Below the pieces are notes generated by a model. The model had not been told where the DNA came from, did not search any database, and worked only from the letters and a program-made list of their open reading frames with translations. Source: Methanothermus fervidus DSM 2088 (GTDB lineage Archaea; Methanobacteriota; Methanobacteria; DSM-2088; Methanothermaceae). From it: a DNA stretch of 32,000 nt. The stretch covers positions 480,001-512,000 of the forward strand of contig CP002278.1 of assembly GCA_000166095.1 (NCBI GenBank), read 5' to 3'. A program made the translations under genes and the position numbers. Below, in pieces: positions 29,839 through 32,000 of this stretch. Each line of letters starts with the position of its first letter. Position 1 is the first letter of the stretch.

Positions 29839-30686
29839 AGGATCTTAGCAAGATTTGATTTAACTTTTTCTTTATCACTTTTGTATTTTAAAAACACGCC
29901 TAAAATATTTTCAATTAAATCCTTGTCCAATTTTTTCTTATTTAATTTCAAAATGGTTTTTGTTAAATCTACTGTTGCCCTAATTGAGGGTTTCTTAATT
30001 AAGTTTAATTCTCTTATTTTTTGTATTATTTCTACTACTTGCTTAATTAAAGAATTTGGAGCTTCGGGAACATGAGATTTTACAATTTCCATTTCTCTTT
30101 CTGGTGAAGGATAATCAATATATAAATAAAGGCAACGATCTTTTGTTTCATCAAGTAAATTTCTTTGAGAATTTGACGTTAAAAATACCATTAAATCATT
30201 TTTTAATTCAAAGGTTCCTAAATCATTAATAGTTATTTGTTTTTCACCAAGAGCTTGTAATAAAAAACTTTCAACTTCTTCATCAGCCTTATCTATTTCA
30301 TCTATTAAAACTACAGACGGTTTTTTGTTTAGAAATGCCAATAACAATGGTCTTTTAATAAAAAATTCATCACTAAATACATCCTCTTCTGTTCCATAAA
30401 TTCTTGCCTTTTCTAAATGAAGTAGCTGTTTTTGATAATTCCATTCCCCAACAATTTGTTCAAAGGTAATACCGTCATAGCATTGAATCCTGAAAAAATC
30501 TCTATTAAGGGCTTGTGCAAATTTTTTTGCTAATTCTGTTTTACCTGTTCCTGGAGGACCTTCAATTAAAATAGGTTTATTTAATTCCATAGCCAAAAAT
30601 AATGTTATTAGTATGTCTTCACTTGGTACATATCCTTCTTTTCTCAGCAACTTATTTAATTTTTCTAAAGATACTTTGTTTGACAT
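29835..30686 (-). CDS. MoxR-class AAA+ ATPase (CoxD/APE2220-like, about 283 aa)
   Basis: Walker A GPPGTGKT, Walker [11 protein letters not shown] and sensor-1 VFLTSN are present. It has a single AAA+ module without substrate domains and is paired with the VWA gene. GTGAGG lies 8 nt upstream of ATG 30686. Confidence 0.85.
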   Translation of the reverse strand: MSNKVSLEKLNKLLRKEGYVPSEDILITLFLAMELNKPILIEGPPGTGKTELAKKFAQALNRDFFRIQCYDGITFEQIVGEWNYQKQLLHLEKARIYGTEEDVFSDEFFIKRPLLLAFLNKKPSVVLIDEIDKADEEVESFLLQALGEKQITINDLGTFELKNDLMVFLTSNSQRNLLDETKDRCLYLYIDYPSPEREMEIVKSHVPEAPNSLIKQVVEIIQKIRELNLIKKPSIRATVDLTKTILKLNKKKLDKDLIENILGVFLKYKSDKEKVKSNLAKIL

Positions 30687-30721
30687 TTTATTTGCCTCAC
30701 ATCATACAACATTACTTCAAT

Positions 30722-31888
30722 TTATTTTTTTGCTAATATATCATCCAATACCTCAACAACTTTATCTATTTCTTCTTTTTTAATGATTAATGGCGGTACC
30801 AGCCTTATTACGTTTTCAGCTGTACAATTTAACAATACACCTTTCTTCAATGCATCTAAAACTATAGAATCACATTTCTTTGAAAGTTCTACCCCAATCA
30901 TCAATCCATGCCCTCTAACATCTTCTATTATTTCATGTTCTAATTTTTTTAATTTTTCTTTAAAGTATTTACCTAATTTTTTGGATCTTTTTGGTAGGTT
31001 TTCTTCTATTATTATTTCAATAGAAGTCTTAGCTGCTGCACAAGCTAAAGGATTTCCTCCAAATGTTGATCCATGGTCTCCTGGTTTAAATGCAGATGCA
31101 ACATCTTCCCTAGCTAATATAGCACCTATAGGAAATCCCCCTCCCATCGCCTTAGCTAAAGTAACTATATCAGCCTCAACACCAAACAATTCTGAAGCAA
31201 ACATTTCACCTGTACGTCCAAATCCAGTCTGAATTTCATCCAATATTAGTAATATGTCATTGTCTTCCGTTAATTCTCGTACTTGTTTTAAATAATCTTT
31301 TGGAGGTACTACAACCCCGCCTTCTCCCTGTATAGGTTCTAGTATGACTGCAGCTGTATCACTAGTTATTGCTTCAGCCATTGCATCTATATCACCAAAT
31401 GGAACATGCTTAAATCCTGGAGTAAGTGGTTCAAATTCTTTTTTATATTTTTTTTGTCCGGTAGCTGATAAAGCTCCCAATGTTCGTCCATGAAATGAAT
31501 TTTTAGCAGCTATTATTTCTTTTTTTCCTGTATATTTTCTTGCAAGTTTTATTGCACCCTCATTGGCTTCTGTGCCACTGTTGGCAAAAAATACTTTATC
31601 TAATGAAGATATTTTAGTTAATAATTCTGCTAGTTCAACCTGTTCTCTTGTGTAGTAGAAGTTAGAGCAATGAATCAATTTTTGAGCTTGGTGGCATATT
31701 GTCAAAACTAGTTTGGGATGTGCATGACCGATGTTGTTTACAGCAATCCCGGCAAAACAATCTATATATTCATTTCCATCAATATCCCATACCTTACATC
31801 CTTTTCCATGTGATAAAACGATAGGATATCTAGAGTATGTATTCATAATATATTTTCTTTCTAATTCCATGATTTCGCTTGCTTTCAT
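30722..31888 (-). CDS. argD: Acetylornithine aminotransferase (class III PLP aminotransferase)
   Basis: The motifs are [37 protein letters not shown] and the PLP-Lys motif [13 protein letters not shown]. The start is ATG 31888 (GGTGA upstream) or ATG 31900. Confidence 0.88.
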   Translation of the reverse strand: MKASEIMELERKYIMNTYSRYPIVLSHGKGCKVWDIDGNEYIDCFAGIAVNNIGHAHPKLVLTICHQAQKLIHCSNFYYTREQVELAELLTKISSLDKVFFANSGTEANEGAIKLARKYTGKKEIIAAKNSFHGRTLGALSATGQKKYKKEFEPLTPGFKHVPFGDIDAMAEAITSDTAAVILEPIQGEGGVVVPPKDYLKQVRELTEDNDILLILDEIQTGFGRTGEMFASELFGVEADIVTLAKAMGGGFPIGAILAREDVASAFKPGDHGSTFGGNPLACAAAKTSIEIIIEENLPKRSKKLGKYFKEKLKKLEHEIIEDVRGHGLMIGVELSKKCDSIVLDALKKGVLLNCTAENVIRLVPPLIIKKEEIDKVVEVLDDILAKK

Positions 31889-31904
31889 TGACTCACCCAT
31901 TAAT

Positions 31905-31924
31905 TTTATACATCTTTATACATT
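31905..31924. promoter_or_regulatory. Tandem 10-bp duplication TTTATACATC/TTTATACATT carrying TATA-like boxes in a divergent promoter region
   Basis: TTTATACA appears twice, one helical turn apart. The element lies 17-36 nt from the argD ATG 31888 on one side and 37-56 nt from ATG 31961 on the other. Confidence 0.35.
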
Positions 31925-31960
31925 TCAATGTCAAAAATAAATACTTAGGGGAAAGGTATC

Positions 31961-32000
31961 ATGTTTTATACAAAGACATTCACAATAAAAACTGAAATAA
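31961..32000 (+). CDS. Possible 5' end of an unidentified gene running off the window
   Basis: ATG 31961 is preceded by AGGGGAAAGGTATC and the frame stays open for 13 codons (MFYTKTFTIKTEI) to the window edge. This is too short to identify. Confidence 0.3.
   Translation, partial: MFYTKTFTIKTEI

Noticed and set aside
30687-30721. ATGATGT in the argD-MoxR gap (minus strand) as a possible C box.
   Set aside because: The box is non-canonical, no D box follows and there is no stem. The gap is better explained as the SD (GTGAGG) and possible promoter region for the MoxR gene.
1-32000. A search for tRNA or rRNA genes, CRISPR repeats, transposase or integrase genes, inteins and in-frame stop or frameshift pseudogenes.
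   Set aside because: None was found. The only GC-enriched non-coding patch is the C/D sRNA. No spaced direct repeats were seen by eye. All large ORFs are intact and full length compared with their families.

Overview
This is an AT-rich, almost fully coding archaeal chromosome segment from a methanogen. The archaeal and methanogen markers are GatD/GatE, PAN, Cgi121, split GMP synthase, archaeal Trm-G10 and a complete CODH/ACS operon (cdhA-cdhB-cdhC-cooC-cdhD-cdhE, 18952-26478, minus strand). Lys/Glu/Ile-rich proteins and a C/D box sRNA suggest a thermophile. Gene order is reminiscent of Methanobacteriales, but the taxon cannot be verified from sequence alone. Genes sit in tightly packed, often overlapping runs of unrelated housekeeping functions. 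The plus run is thiC', lig, ferredoxin, gatD, gatE, trxB, guaAA, guaAB and a PLP enzyme. The minus run is a PH-domain membrane protein, a GGR paralogue, Trm-G10, cimA and cgi121. No tRNA, rRNA, CRISPR array or mobile element was seen. Items the ORF track does not explain, or that look unusual: (1) a textbook C/D box sRNA at 14492-14554, just downstream of pan; (2) an STT3/AglB-like 13-TM protein whose WWDYG motif is replaced by SRDDA and which carries an extra C-terminal domain with QW-like repeats; (3) a CoxD/CoxE-like MoxR AAA+/VWA pair plus a small orphan gene, about 2 kb from the Ni-CODH/ACS operon; (4) an orphan fold-type-I PLP enzyme coupled to guaAB; (5) compact promoter and SD architectures, namely tandem 10-bp TATA duplications, a palindromic bidirectional SD and paired palindromes. 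Most of the window is ordinary core metabolism. The novelty claims are hypotheses that need profile searches and transcript mapping.
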